Counted from the first letter of the stretch, positions 41,439 through 54,972 are shown. The stretch is 64,000 bases of DNA from Vicugna vicugna (GCA_013265495.1 MU058337.1:5498716-5562715); one strand, 5' to 3'. Made by a program: numbers and translations. Notes: a model not told the origin generated them from the letters alone.

Positions 41439-43289
41439 ATTTCAGGAGGCTAAGGGATGTACACTCCAGGCATAATGCTTCAGAGACAACTAAAATAATT
41501 ACATGTAAAATGCTAGCAGAAGAACTCAGGGCCTCACACCAAGAAACAATATAGCAAAGACAGTCAAAAGAGCAATTGCAAAACTTAATCCTATGGTAGA
41601 TCCCTCAGATCAAAATTCTGTATGAAACAGTTTCACCTAGAGTTGTATGTCATGTTGAAAAGTAGGACAAATTTAAATTAAGCAAAAGAAAGAGGGGCAA
41701 AGGCACATTTTGGAAATATACAGGACTTTGGGGACTTTTGTCTGTGTTTAATGAATTAGAAAGATGGCTGGGGAAAGAGTCACAGAAACAAAGAGAAACA
41801 TTATCAGGGTAAGAGTTTTAGGAGGTTAAAGAAACTTTAAACACAGAATATTACTTTAAAAGAACAAAACAGCTGAATTTTTCATTGGCCAGATAAAATT
41901 GCAGATCACAGGTTTTAGAGAAGACTTGCTGAACAGAGCTAATTTTTGGTTATTCATTTGGGAGCTGTTTGTGGTGGGGCACGGAGTTTGTGGTTGATGT
42001 ATGTATGAACCAAGTCCAAGATCAATGTCATCCCTAACTTTACACTGGTGTTGATGTCTGCTCCAGCAAAGACAGCAGAAAGACTGAATTACAGTCAGCA
42101 CATGCCCTTCAACAGAGACAGTCTCTTCAAATATCTTGAGAAAGAAGAACCACCCTCCCTTTGAATTCTCCCACTTCCTTCGCAAGCTCCTTTTATAGTC
42201 TTTCTGTTCATTAATGTCCAAATTCTGTCCAGGTAAGCAGGTTTCTTAAGGTCACTGAAGATTCTTTTTGACGGGAAAAGCCACTAACCACTTTTTTTTA
42301 TCACGTGTAGGTCAGCTTAACTCAAAATAGGGCTGAAATTCTATGCCCCTGAAGTCTTGAACAGTCAAGATTTCTCACTTTAAATTCTATGTGAGCTTCC
42401 TTTAGCCCCTAAAATATATAGGAGTCATGAAGATATATGCCTTTCATGCTTTCAAAACACGAATTCACATTTATTATCCTTAATAAAAGCAACACTTTAT
42501 CAAGTCTTTTGTTCTCTGATATGATCCACTAGCCAGTAACTAGTTTTTAAATGCTCAGAGACAAACTGTACCCTGGCAAGTCACACTATAGTGAGCAAAT
42601 GAAATGCGTGACCATAGTTTTACATAATGTTCATATGCAAAGAGATGGATACATCTCCTAGAAACACATAATTTAATAGACTGTTCTAATAATACACTGG
42701 GGAATTTAAATGTATTACACAATTGCAATTCCAAATTCAATAAAAAAGAAAAGTGGATACACTCTCTTGAACTAATAACCAAAACAGAATTTAAAATTCT
42801 TTGTGCATCTTTGTACAGAAGTTCTTTTTTCCTTCATCTCCCACAAAAGGATACAAAGAATGATAAATTATTTGATTCTGCATGAAGTTTGGAAATAGGG
42901 TATTCCCCTTAGATTAATGTAAAAGACATCCTATAATGTAAAGGAGTTTATGGCAGGGAAGGAATGAGACTATATGGCTGTGAATTTTGAATACCTGTGT
43001 AATGTTATGCCCACAGGGATACCAAGTGTGATGGATTAAACATCAAGTTATTCTTCAAAAGGAGGTGTATGTCCTTTGCCAGCCACATGGGGAATAATTT
43101 TGGAGGTATGTTAATATATGCCCCCAAATGGCTTTCATTTATAGCCAACAGCCCAGTCGTTAGTGTTTGCTTGATTTTATTTTTGTTTTGCCCATTTTTG
43201 TTGTGATATGCCTTTCTGAATATTGTCCTGAAAATTCTTATTATCACCATTGTTATCAATTCACTGCTGTTAGCAAGCAAATTATGCCA

Positions 43290-44397
43290 AGTACTGGATC
43301 AACTGGATATGAACATGGAAGAAAACATCAGTCCTTACCCCACCGCACACTGTACGCAAAAATCAATTCCTCTATCAGGTTATAGATCCAAATGTGAACG
43401 GCAGAATTTTAAAGTTCTAGAAGCTATCGTAAGAGAGTATATTTATTCTCTCAAGGGGTTGCCAAGATTTCTTGAATAGGTGCTTAAACCACTAACCCTA
43501 AAGAAAAATGTTGATAAATTTGACTGTATCAAACTTAGGGATTTCTGTATATCAAAAGTCAATATTAAGTAAATAAAAAGCCAAATACAATTGAGAGAAT
43601 ATATTTGCAAAATATAACTGTCAAAGGCTTAAAACTTGACTAGGTAAAGTAGTCTTAAAAAGAAAGATAAATAATAGAAAGTTGCACCAAAGACTTAAAC
43701 AGGAACTTCACAAAAGAGAGCATCCAAATTGGCAATAAAGAAGAAAAGGGCTCAACCTCCTGAGTCATCAGGAAAATCGAAATTAAAGCTACAGTGAGGC
43801 ACCACTACACACTTGTTATAATGAGTAAAATTTTAAAAGACTAAGATAAGCAAATGTTGGCCAAAAATATAGAGTGACTGGAATTATCACTTCATGCTGG
43901 TGGGGGTCTACGAAGACTCTTAGGTGTTACCTGTGAGCCAAGAGTGCACATAATCCAGGACCCAGCTTTCTTCTTCTGAGTGTACACTCAACACATACAA
44001 CTAAAGACACGTCCATCAATATCAGAATTACTCGTTAAATTGTGGTTTATTCATACAGTATACCCAGCAATGAAAACATGCTGCGTTTAACTGCACTGAT
44101 GATCCCAGAAACAACAGTAGACGCAGACCTGCACACAAAACGACGTACTGTGTGATCCCATTAACACATGTGCGAAGACACGCAACCCTGTCTTTGGTGT
44201 CACAAGTCAGGATGGTGGTTACCTTTTGGAAAATAGTGACTGAAAGGGAGCATGAGGAGCGTCCTGCTTGCTAATGTTCTACCTTTTCATACAAGTTGTA
44301 GATACATAGATGCATTCACTTTATGAAAATTCATCAAATTGCACCCTTATAGCATGGACATAGTACATAGTCTATACTTCAACCAAAAAGTTATTTT
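43290..44397 (+). mobile_element. Old L1 (L1ME-like) 3' portion
   Basis: Degenerate ORF2 end ('aacaggaacttcacaaaagagagcatccaaattggcaataa') and 3' UTR ('aagtcaggatggtggttacc...cattcactttatgaaaattcatcaa'). Confidence 0.75.
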
Positions 44398-45352
44398 TTT
44401 AACATTTTTATTGATTTATAATCATTTTACAATGTTGTGTCAAATTCCAGTGTAGAGTACAATTTTTCAGTTATACGTGAACATGTATATATTCATTGTC
44501 ACATTTTTTTCTCTATGACCTACCATAAGATCTTGTATATATTTCCCTGTGCTATACAGTATAATCTTGTTTATCTATTCTACATTTTGAAATCCCAGTC
44601 TATCCCTTCCCACCCCTTAGCCCCCTTGGCAACCACAAGTTTATATTCTCTGAGTCTGTTTCTGTTTTGTATTTATGTTTTGTTTGTTTTGTTTTGTTTT
44701 TTAGATTCCACATATGAGCGATCTCATATGGTATTTTTCTTTCTCTTTCTGGCTTATTTCACTTAGAATGACATTCTCCAGGAACATCTATGTTGCTGCA
44801 AATGGCATTATGTTGTCGGTTTTTATGGCTGTCTGCAGAGCAAAGGACACCATAAGTAAAACAAAAAGACAACCTACGGAATGGGTGAAAATGTTTGCAT
44901 ATGAAACCCACAAAGGCTTGATCTCCAGAATACACAAGCAGCTCATACGACTTAATAAGAAAAACACAAACAACCCAATCCAAAAATGGGCCAAACACCT
45001 AAATAAGCAATTCTCCAAGGAAGACATACAAATGATCAATAGGCACATGAAAAAATGTTCAATATCACTAATTATCAGAGAAATGCAAATCAAAACTACA
45101 GTGAGGTATCACCTCACACCAGTCAGAATGGCCGTCATTCAAAAATCCACAAATGACAAATGCTGGAGAGGCTGTGGAGAAAAGAGAACCCTCCTTCACT
45201 GCTGGTGGGAATGCAGTTTGGTGCAGCCACTGTGGAAAACAGTATGGAGATTCCTCAAAAGACTAGGAATAGACTTACCATATGACCCAGGAATCCTGCT
45301 CTGGGGCATATATCCAGAAGGAACCCTACTTCAAAATGACACCTGCACCCCA
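44398..45352 (-). mobile_element. Young L1 insertion with 5' inversion (3' segment 44398-44831 on -, inverted segment 44832-45352 on +) and 15-bp TSD
   Basis: Both segments closely match the L1 at 36675-37666 but in opposite orientations; CCAAAAAGTTATTTT at 44383-44397 and 45350-45364. Confidence 0.93.
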
Positions 45353-45743
45353 AAAAGTTATTTTAAAAAATGCATAGCAGCTTTGTTTCCATACTTAAAA
45401 TGAAGAAGGTAGATTACAGCAACCGCAGGCTAATGATATTCACTTTGATTTCATGGGGGAAATAGTAAACAGAAGTGAAAATCACTTCTATATTATAAGA
45501 CACCTTTAATTAAAGCTATTTTCTGGTAGACCTTGTATATGTTCCTATAGGCAGGTCCATTCTGAACAGTATGATGAAGCCAAAAGCAGTCAGTTTTAAG
45601 AAAAGAATTAACTTAGTTTATCTTATACAACATGGTGCAATTAAAGCTAAATTCCTATAATATCTTAACTCCCCAGAAGTCAACACTAGAAGAAACCCAG
45701 ACCTTCTGAGGTGTGTATAGAACAGAGACAGTGAAGATAAGTG

Positions 45744-45780
45744 CTGTTTCACGTCTGTCAAGTCTGTTTCACGTCTGTCA
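45744..45780 (+). repeat. Local tandem duplication CTGTTTCACGTCTGTCA x2 (period 20)
   Basis: Perfect 17-mers at 45744-45760 and 45764-45780. Confidence 0.9.
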
Positions 45781-48697
45781 CTGTGGGGGTGCTTAGAGCT
45801 AAAGTCAAGCAGAGTTACCTGGAATATTTGCTATATTTTCTCTACATTTCTTCTTTTTCTTAGTTGCAGGATAAAGGTTGATTGTTTCAGATTCGAGATA
45901 AGGGGACCCCATAACTCATCCTTCTCTTTCTTACCAGGAAAAAGGCAGAAAACTAACAGACAAAACTTAGACAAAAGGCTTAAGCAGACAGGGAGGATAA
46001 TGTCTGCAGTGTTCAAGTTCCTAAGAGGGGAGCATGAAGAAAAAGGGTCCATCCAGTAGGAGAGGGTCCCAGCAAGAAGGCTGAAAGTAGAACTAACGGA
46101 AGAAAGTGTACGTAGGAATGTAGTGTATGAACTTTAGATGCAGTGACACGTGATGCTGAGAGTTTTTTTTCTTTTCCATTTCTTACTTCCTTATGCTAGC
46201 CTCAAGTCTCCACTGGGGATGCAGTGGTGAGGAGGCTGCTGGTGATGAGAGAGAACCAGGAGCTGAGCTAGCTGGACATCAGTAGCCAACAGAAGGCCAG
46301 CCAGAGCTGAGGACCCTCAGAAGAGCGTAGGGAGGGAGCCACGTGGGACAGGGGCTCATGTTTGACTGCCACATGTAAATGGAAGGGGTCAGAACACTGG
46401 GTTTACATGTGTAACGAGTCTTGCACACAGTAGGTACCCAAAGCGGGTAGCTCTTATTCTGATCATCCAGTTCAGGCCACAAGACTGTTATGACAGCCTC
46501 CACAATACTGTTCAAAATGCAATGGTCTATAGGAACGTATACAAGCTCTGGCAGGAAACAGCTTGGATTAAAGACATCTTACAGTATAGACATGATACCA
46601 TAACTAAGGAAAGGCATGGTTTGAAAAATCAGACATTAGTGCAAGAACAAGGACTCGCAAGGAAAGTGTGGAGAGTTCTGTCAATGAAGAAAATGCAGGT
46701 GGAGACAGGAAAGAATTTCAGAGGGAGATATACCTACAACCTGTCAGGATCATCGAAAATTGCATGTCACCATAGAGACGCTGCCCTGTGAGTTGTTTTT
46801 CTTGCTGGTTCTTCCCTGATAGGGAGGATGCAGGTGTCAAATGAAACAACTGAGACCTGTTGGGATGTGAAACTGTCAGGAAAGAAAATATGACGCATTC
46901 ACAAGGAGCATAAAAGTCAAGGATTTAGTAGATTATTAAATTATAAAATTTCCACAGGGCAACAAAAAATCCCCTGCTTCACATATGGCTTATTGTTCCA
47001 TGTTATGGGGTGAAAAAGGTTCATTAAGTGAGACAAAGCCATGGGTGCAGGATGCACAGGGATATGTACGATACACCACTTGGTGCTTGAGAGGTGCACT
47101 CTACGTAGGGTGCACAATGTGAGTGGAGGGTGTTTGGGGGCAGTTCCGGGCGAGGTTACTAGCGAAACCAATGGGAAGACTAGTAAGTATGGCTAGATAA
47201 CCGTGATGCTGACAACTCGTACATGAAGTGTGCACATGAAACATACAACACCTGGGATGGGGCCTTCTGAGTAAATTTAGGGAAGCAGAAACCAGTAAGT
47301 TACGAATCAAAAGAAAGAAGTGTAGAACTGTTACTTAGCCTTTGCTCTGTTTCACCTAACAATTATTTCCTGGAAATCTTTGCAGCTCGGGTAAGCAGGA
47401 GGACTTAAAAATGAATAAAATACAGTCCCCATCCTCCAGACACTAACAAGAAGTGGGGCAGACTCAGACTTTCTGGGTATGCAGGAAACCCAAACGCAGG
47501 AGGAATGTACTTCATGCAAACCAAGTGGAATCGGATAGGAATTAAGAGAGGCAAGCTTCCATGGCATCAGCCTTCACTTTCCTTAACCAAATAGCCATAA
47601 TCCATGCTTGATAACAACATACTCAACCTGCAGGACTTAAAGCCATTCCGAAGTTAAATCTGCTTCTGTTCAGAACCACACTGAGTGTAGACATTTGTCC
47701 TCCTCCGAAGGCTCTATTAAAATGTTAATAAAGCAATGGTCTCATTTTTAGAAGTATAAATCCACAAAATAAATAACAATGGGAGACGGAGCCTGCATAA
47801 AACAAGAGATTGGACACATTTCTAGAAGACAGTAAATGGAAATACGCCCAGAGAAGGCTGCAGCTGAGAGGGAACTCAACCTTTCCAGGGCCTTGAGAGC
47901 AGCTCCAGGGTCAGGTGGCGGCTGTGACAGAGCCGCAGGTGGCGGGGGTATTAAGGTCAAACACCCCAGCCCCGTGCAGAATGCCCGGCAGCCAGATACT
48001 CACTCCTAAAGAAAACAGCAAGTGGTTTAATCTAAAGAAATAGAAAACTATCAAGGGGTAATCAAAACAGTTAATGTGGGTTTTGTCACCCTAGAGCAAA
48101 GCCCCCTACATTCTAGAGTTAGGGTAACCCTCCATTTCATCACTAGGTCTCCACCATGAAGACACATTCCTGCCAGCTGACAAACTCCACCAGGAAAACA
48201 GGGTGCCGGTCAGTGTTTCCATCAGCTCGATATGAATAGGACTGGGAATGTGAGAATGACCAGAAAGCCTGCAGTGCAACAGAAAGCCACCGTGAGAAAT
48301 CATGTAGAAAAGATAATTCCAGAGGAAAGGGAAGTGAGTCTACACAGATTTCTAATGCATATGAAAATTAATATTAATATGAGAATGAATATGAGGACAT
48401 AAGACATCCAAAGGAGAAGGAAGAAGGGGGAGACATTATGAAAGGAGAATGATTGCTTTAAGTCATGCCACTGTTCAGCTGCTTCCTGTTTGGACTGTGT
48501 CTACTTCTATTTAATCTGTTTGCTTTGGAAGAGACTAAGAAAGAAATTTTCAAAGAACCAGTTTGAACAAATTTTTCTTAAGTTGCTCAGGGGTTGTGAC
48601 ATTGGAATCATAGCAAAGGAAATGTCAACAGAAGCTACTTGATTCTCAGTTCTCAACAGATCACGTGTATATAATCACAGTAACAGAAATCGTACTT

Positions 48698-49100
48698 ATT
48701 CATTCAACGAAGGTATGTTGAGTGTCTGCTGTGTGCCAGGCGTTGTCAAGACCCCCAGGCTAGATCAGTAAACGAGACAGGAAACAAAACAAACACGGTG
48801 CCTTCTCATCGGGAGCTACATTCTCATGGTTTGCCGGGAAGAGGAGAGCTGAGCTTTATAAGCCCTCAGAAGGACTTTGGCTCTTACCCTGGGTGAATGG
48901 GGGTGTTGCTGCGACTGGGGGCAGAGGAGTGGCATAATCTTTAACAAGATCACTCAGGCTGCAACATCGATAATAGACTAGAAGGGGCGCAGGTGGACAC
49001 AGAGACCAGTTAGGAAGCTCTGGTAGTTTACTGCTCTTTGTCATCTACACCCCAAGCACGGGAGACTTAACCCAGGTTGTAAATGTCAGCAACGCGGCAA
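48698..49100 (-). mobile_element. L2 fragment
   Basis: 'ttcattcaac...ttgagtgtctgctgtgtgccaggc', 'aaggactttggctcttaccctg', 'gagaccagttaggaagct'. Confidence 0.65.
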
Positions 49101-51283
49101 TATGAAAGCAAATGCAGGGCCCACGAAGTCGGGAGGTTAAGGTGAAGAGAATGCAGAGAAAACTGTGGTCAGGGACTGATTTCACTGTAAGCCCTTTTAC
49201 ACTCTTCTGTTTTTTAGCTGCTTTTATGATTAAAGGATTTTTTTTAATATAAGTTAAATATGCCCACCTCAGTCTAGAAGGTAGTTCAGATAAATGCCAC
49301 ACAGTTACATCCAAATTGCTTATTTTCAGCATTTGAGGCAGGACTCATTCTCTAGAGTGGCTTTCCAGATGATTTAAAAACACTTATCTCCCCCTTGCAG
49401 TAATGTGAGCATTTTCTGTCATCCTGACTTGCACACGTGCAGCACCTAGCATTAAACAGCTGACGCTATGGTGCAAAGCAAGGAGCTTGCCAGACTTAAA
49501 GACGCAGCATGACATGGTCGGGAAAAACACAGGGATTCCAGGCTCTGCCACCTAGGAGCAGTGTGTTTTAAAATAACTCCCTAAATCTCCCTGAGCACCT
49601 GGATAACAGGCAGGAGATAAATGAATCTGAGGGTTGTTTTGAGTGTTCAGTAAACTAATAGAAGTGAGACACTTTGTACAGGAAACAGCACTAAACATGT
49701 ATGTTTATACACTGCGTTGCACTGTGCTTCATAAATTCCATCCATTCTACTCTTCCTTTACTTTTTGTGATGTGTTAGTGAAGATGTGCTGTTAAAGAAG
49801 AATAGCAGTTACCTTCCACTTTGACTCAGGTTGAACAGGTGCCTGGGCCCATCAGTCACTTTGTGATGCTTCAACTCCAATTTCACCCTCTCCCAGTTTT
49901 AGGTAAACATAGTTCCTTTAATGAATTCTTCATAGTCAAGGAAATAGTTTAAAGGACTTTACCCTTATTCATGCAAAATTATTCCCATGCAAATGACTTT
50001 ACTTTCATCATATAACCCGGGTGTTGGACTTTAATGACATGATATTTTGACATATTATTTGAAACTTAAAGGGAATTATTTCAATCACCATAAAACATGT
50101 GTACATATATCTTATATAGAAGGCCTCCTACAGTCAGAATGCATAATTCATCCTTCTAACACCCTGACCATTCCTGGTATCAGGTCACTGGATGTTTAGA
50201 AGCCAAGCTTTCACTTGCTTGCAATCAAGTAATCTTCAGCTTGGCTGACAACAGCCTCTGGACTACACGAACTTATAAGAAAACAAGAAAGATGGCCTTG
50301 TATTCTCCTCGAAACTTCATTATGGTGCTAACCTTTGAGCAAGAGATGGCATTTTAGAAAGGCCACATGCACTTTACCTCTTGCTCTCGTTGCTAATGGC
50401 AAAGACGATCTAGCAAGAAAGCGCATCATTAACCATGTAATAACCTCAGTCCTTCAAGGTCGTAAATACTCTATTTTTCACTCATGCCAATGTCATTTTA
50501 TTTGTTAATTCACTCCAAGAAATATTACTTTATCCCTATTAGAGAATTGGGATATCCTGGGGGAATTTACATTATAAAGTCCTGTAAGAATCTCAGTTCC
50601 GTTATACTCCTATACGTCTGTCCTTTCCTAAACTTTCTCTTGTCAGATGATCAGCAGGAATTACTTCTGATCACCAATTTCTGAGCCCAAGTTCACATAC
50701 CAGGCAATGAGAGATGGAGGATTCTTTTTTTTTATCTCATCCACAAATATCTCTTTAAAACATTTCCAGAGATTCTAAAAAGAGAGCACATCTTCTTGTT
50801 TATTCTAGTTTGAAGAATAATCTACAGACAAGATAATGAACCCCACTGGACTATTCAGATTTGGGAAAGATGTAATCAGGATGATGAGTAAGTAAGAAAT
50901 TCTCTTGCTGAATCGTGCAGTGTAACCAAATCAACTGTGACCACTAACTGGACGGCAGCTGAAGCTTTCAACGTGGTTAATATTTGGAACTGCCAAGCAT
51001 TCAAGTCCAAGGTCCTAGTTTTAATAAATACTCAAACATAGGCATTTATTTTTTTGTTTGTTCATCAGATACCAATTGACACATAAGTGCTTAAGTCAAA
51101 CACCTCTGTAGGTGGCAGGTTAGCAGTGACCAAGAACCAAGTCGCTGCCTTCATGGTGCTCCCATTCCTAACGGGGCTTAGAGAGAAACAAAGTAGAGTG
51201 AGAGACTTTGGGGTGCCCAGTTTGGGGAGGATATTGCCATTCCATACGTGGTCATTAGAAATGTCCTCTCTGATCAAAAAGAC

Positions 51284-51640
51284 TGCCTTAGTCCACTTGG
51301 GCTGCTGGATCAAAAATACCATAGACTGGGTGGACTGAACAACAAACACTTATTTCTCACAGTTGGGGAGGCTGGGAGTCCAAGATCAAGGCAGATTTGG
51401 GTCTGGTGGGGAACTGTTTCCTGCTTCAAAGACACAAGTCTTCTTCCTGTGTCCTCACGTGGTGGAGTGGGGACAAGAGAGCTCTCTGGGGTCCCTTCTG
51501 TAATGGCACTGATCCCGGTCCCGAGGGCTGCACCTCCTGACCGAATCACCCCCCAGTGGCCCCACCTGCTGACATCATCACCTTGGGAGTTAGGATTTCC
51601 ACATGTGAGTTTAGGGGACACAAACATTCAGTCCTCTGCA
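51284..51640 (-). mobile_element. MLT1A-like MaLR solo LTR
   Basis: 'ccttagtcca...aaaataccatagactgggtgg...ttatttctcacagtt...ggaggctgggagtccaagatcaagg...ggggacacaaacattcagtcc'. Confidence 0.88.
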
Positions 51641-51939
51641 GGAGTAGAATGAACGTTCATTAAACACCTACAACATTCAGTGCTAGGAGCCACGGTAGGG
51701 GCTCGACATACATTTCTACTTCTCCGAATGGTGACTTGGGATCACTTTTCGTGTCCTCATTCCATGTCTCGGAGAGGGCAGGCAAGGCGGTACAAGAAAA
51801 TGAGAGCACCACCATGTGGGCCCAGGTGTGAGGGACTCCAAAGTCCATCTTCTTCACGCTTTCCCCTCTAACAACCAAAGGAGGAGAATTACCATCACAA
51901 CCATAACTGAGCAGACCCTCATGGCGCTTCCACTACCGC

Positions 51940-52545
51940 CCCCTGATAGTTCTCCACAGAGCAGCCCAAGGGACCTTTTAGAGCATTTTAGATGTGTATT
52001 GCTTCACATTGCTTCCCTGCTTACCGTCCCCTCAACCCCACTCTACATCAGGCAAAATAACGCTCAGCTCCCCCAACGGCCTGCAGGGCTGCGAGTCTGG
52101 CCCCTCTGACCTCACCTCCTTTCACACTCAGTGCTCACCGCCCTCCTTTTGCTATACTGGGCTTCTTGCTCTTCTGGGAGGGAGAGAAAAAAGACAGTCT
52201 TTCCTGTGTCCAGACCACATCACTTTCTGGAACACCTGACCCTATGCCTTTGTGTGGCCCACCGCTCTCCCCTCTTTATTTGGATTTCTATTCCAATGCC
52301 ATCTTCTCAGAAAGACCCTATCTGAACGACACCAGCCTTGTATTCTGTAACACCTTCCTCTGCTCTGTTTCTCTTCCTAGCACTGTCACTAGCAGATGTC
52401 AAATTACTTATTTATTTGTTCATTTGTTTATTCTCTGTTTCATCCAAAAACATAAGCCCCACGAGGGCAGGACCTCCTCTCTCCTTCACGGCTGTCTCCC
52501 AGATCCCGGAGCAGTAAGCAAGCGGATGGTGGATGACTGAATGAG
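51940..52545 (+). mobile_element. L2a-like 3' end
   Basis: 'ttctccacagagcagcc', 'aatgccatcttctcagaaagaccct', 'ataagccccacgagggcagg', terminal 'tgactgaatga'. Confidence 0.65.
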
Positions 52546-54410
52546 CGCCCAGCTAGCCGAGGAAATTAAGGATGCTCTTCTGGTCCTACACTTCTGCCTC
52601 AAAGGTGTTTTTTTCTTCCCAGGGCTGTTGCTAATTCTGTTCCATGTTGCCTAGCTCTTCGGGCTTTGGGAGAAAGCAGGCAAGCATCTGTTTTGTGTCT
52701 CTGCTTTCTTGGCACTGTAATCACCTGCAGAGGCCACCTCCAGGAGTATTTGGCACTTTTCACTGAAGCATCACTTCAGCATTCCCTTTCAAGTTCTCTG
52801 TGTACTCCCAGAAACTTACTGTTTCTGAATCAAAGGAGGAGATTTTTTTGTTTTTTTCTGGCACTATGTTACATTTGGATTTTTTGAAGTATTCATGCCA
52901 CAATTAACTTTTTTTGAAAAACTAAATAGTAATCAATTCTCAGATCAATTGCTTACTCCTAAAAATTTTCAGAATGGCAGGTAAGACCTGAGGAAACCTG
53001 TAGAGTTATCATGTTGTCTTAAATTATCTTTCTCTCATCTATAGAACATATATAGGAACTGAATTACAAACTACCTTTGTAAAATTAGCCATAACAAGCT
53101 GTCCAAAGTAAGAATCATTCTGCACGTACTAACCCTTGTCACCTGTAATCTAGGTACTTTTGGAAAAGTTTTTCCCTGCAGGTAGCATGCCCTTTACCTT
53201 TTGTCTTAAAAACATTTGCTGGTTTCCCCACAATCTGAATTCGGAAATGCAGCCTGGAGTTCTCCAGAGTCCCTACCTGCCAGTAAAGGCGAACAAAGAG
53301 TCCGAGCTTACCTCTTCTTCCCCAGTCTGGACTGAGGTCTTTTCCGCTCCCTCACTTTCCTCCTTAGCTTTCCTCCTCCAAAAGGGGGCTCCCTCACTTC
53401 ACACTCTGTTCTCCCAGGGGGAAGCACTTTCTGAAAAATGAATCCTTCCCCCAGCCCTAAGACCGCTCAAGTGGCTACTTCTGACGGAACAGGCTTGAGA
53501 TTGGTGCTACAACGATCCAAGGTGCCGCGACCTGACTTTCTAAAATGTGCGCCACTGCTCTGATCTTGGCAGACAACAGCCCTGTTCTGAACACCCCCTA
53601 CTTCTTCTCCTAAGCAGACACTTCAGCTCCCCTTTGCTGAGCTGAACCAAATTGTTAATCAAACTCCTAAACCGAGACCCGGGGAGTTGGAAACATGGCA
53701 TTAGGCACTGCCTGCCTATTTTGCAAATTTAAAAGCACTGGGCTTCCAAAGAGCTGATACTTGAGGTTTTTTTTTTAACATGTAGAATGATGGGGAAGGT
53801 GATGGGGGAGGGGGTTCTGTCATTAGCCTTGAGCAGCTGAAGGGGAGCATGAGAAAAACATGTAAAATATTTCATTTTCTTTTTGTGGTCAGATCCATTT
53901 CTGATTTAACAGCAGAACAAACCAATAAGCTCAAAAAGATAAATATGCCCAGTGTACACATGCCCCATAGTTACTTTCAACTGTCTGCAGAGCTTTTTAA
54001 TCTTAATTCATCTTAGATGGAACATAATGAGAGACTTGTCCCACCTAGCCACCCAGGAGCAGGTCACAGACGGGGGAGCGGTGGGGGTGGGGGGGGCACG
54101 GCAACCACCAATGACCAGCTTACATGAGGAGGCCATGGCCTCCAAGAGAAACAGAAATAGGAAAAAGATTTTGAGGGCTGATGAGACTGAGACTTTCAAG
54201 GGGACCAAACTGTAGAGAGAAATTCTACTCCCAAGTCTCAATGGGAGAGGTGCCCAGGGGCACAAGGGGGCTTGCTTTTAGGTAGGGAGGATATTGAGGG
54301 AGGGAACCCATCCTCAGGGACGGGTTTATGGCCAGGAGGAAGGGAGGCTTTTCAATACGATAGTAGAAGGAAGGAAGACCGCCTCAAGGAAGTGGTCTGT
54401 TTAGAAAAAG

Positions 54411-54972
54411 TGATCATAAAAATAAACAAACAAATGAAAGATTGAATATACAAATGGACAAAGGCCAGACCTTATATAAAGGTAGAACTCCGACCCACCA
54501 CCTGTAGCAGCTGCCCAGGACCCAACCTTCTATCTACAATAAACAGCCTGGGAGGCCAGCTTGCTGTGAGTCACACTTGCGAAGAAGTCAGATTTCCATG
54601 TCTAGTGACAATCCAGGAAGCTAAACAGTAACTTTTACAACAATCTGCCCCAAATGGCCAGAGCTTCATTAACGACTGCCAGTTTCCCTAATTTTCATCC
54701 CCACTTCCACCTTAGCACCAACCAGAGAAAGCCAAACATGCACCCTAACCAATCACATGGAAGCCCTGCTCCTAGTTGACCCGCCTCCAGCTTCCCAGGC
54801 CAATCAGAGCACACCTGGAGCTTCCCTTGTCTCCTCTCTGAAGCTCCCCACCCGCTGCCTGCCCTTGAGTCTCTGCCGAAAGCAAGTGGTTGTGGTTGCC
54901 TCCCTTGATACAGCAAGCTCTGAATAAATAGCCTGCTTTCCTTATGTGATTGGTCTTTGTTTATTTCCATAG
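54411..54972 (+). mobile_element. ERV-type solo LTR (same family as 34160-34601)
   Basis: Starts TG; two CCAAT boxes, AATAAA near 54923, ends 'tttatttccata'; ACCAACCAGAGAAAGCCAA at 54717-54735. Confidence 0.7.

Noticed and set aside
44714..45403. Longest ORF in the window (229 aa) as a novel gene
   Set aside because: It is a chimera of antisense L1 sequence and sense L1 ORF2 created by the inversion junction at 44831/44832. There is no promoter or splice evidence.
46522..46793. 89-aa ATG ORF ending near a GTGAGT donor as an exon of an unknown gene
   Set aside because: No pyrimidine tract at the upstream AG, no recognisable homology, and no partner exons.
47094..47115. 22-bp near-palindrome GTGCACTCTACGTAGGGTGCAC as a miRNA or structured RNA
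   Set aside because: The stem is too short and does not extend. It is probably chance or a remnant of a palindromic MITE.
34160..54972. Two same-orientation LTRs as the ends of one provirus
   Set aside because: They are ~20 kb apart, differ by large indels, and enclose no gag/pol/env remnants or primer-binding site. They are better explained as independent solo LTRs.
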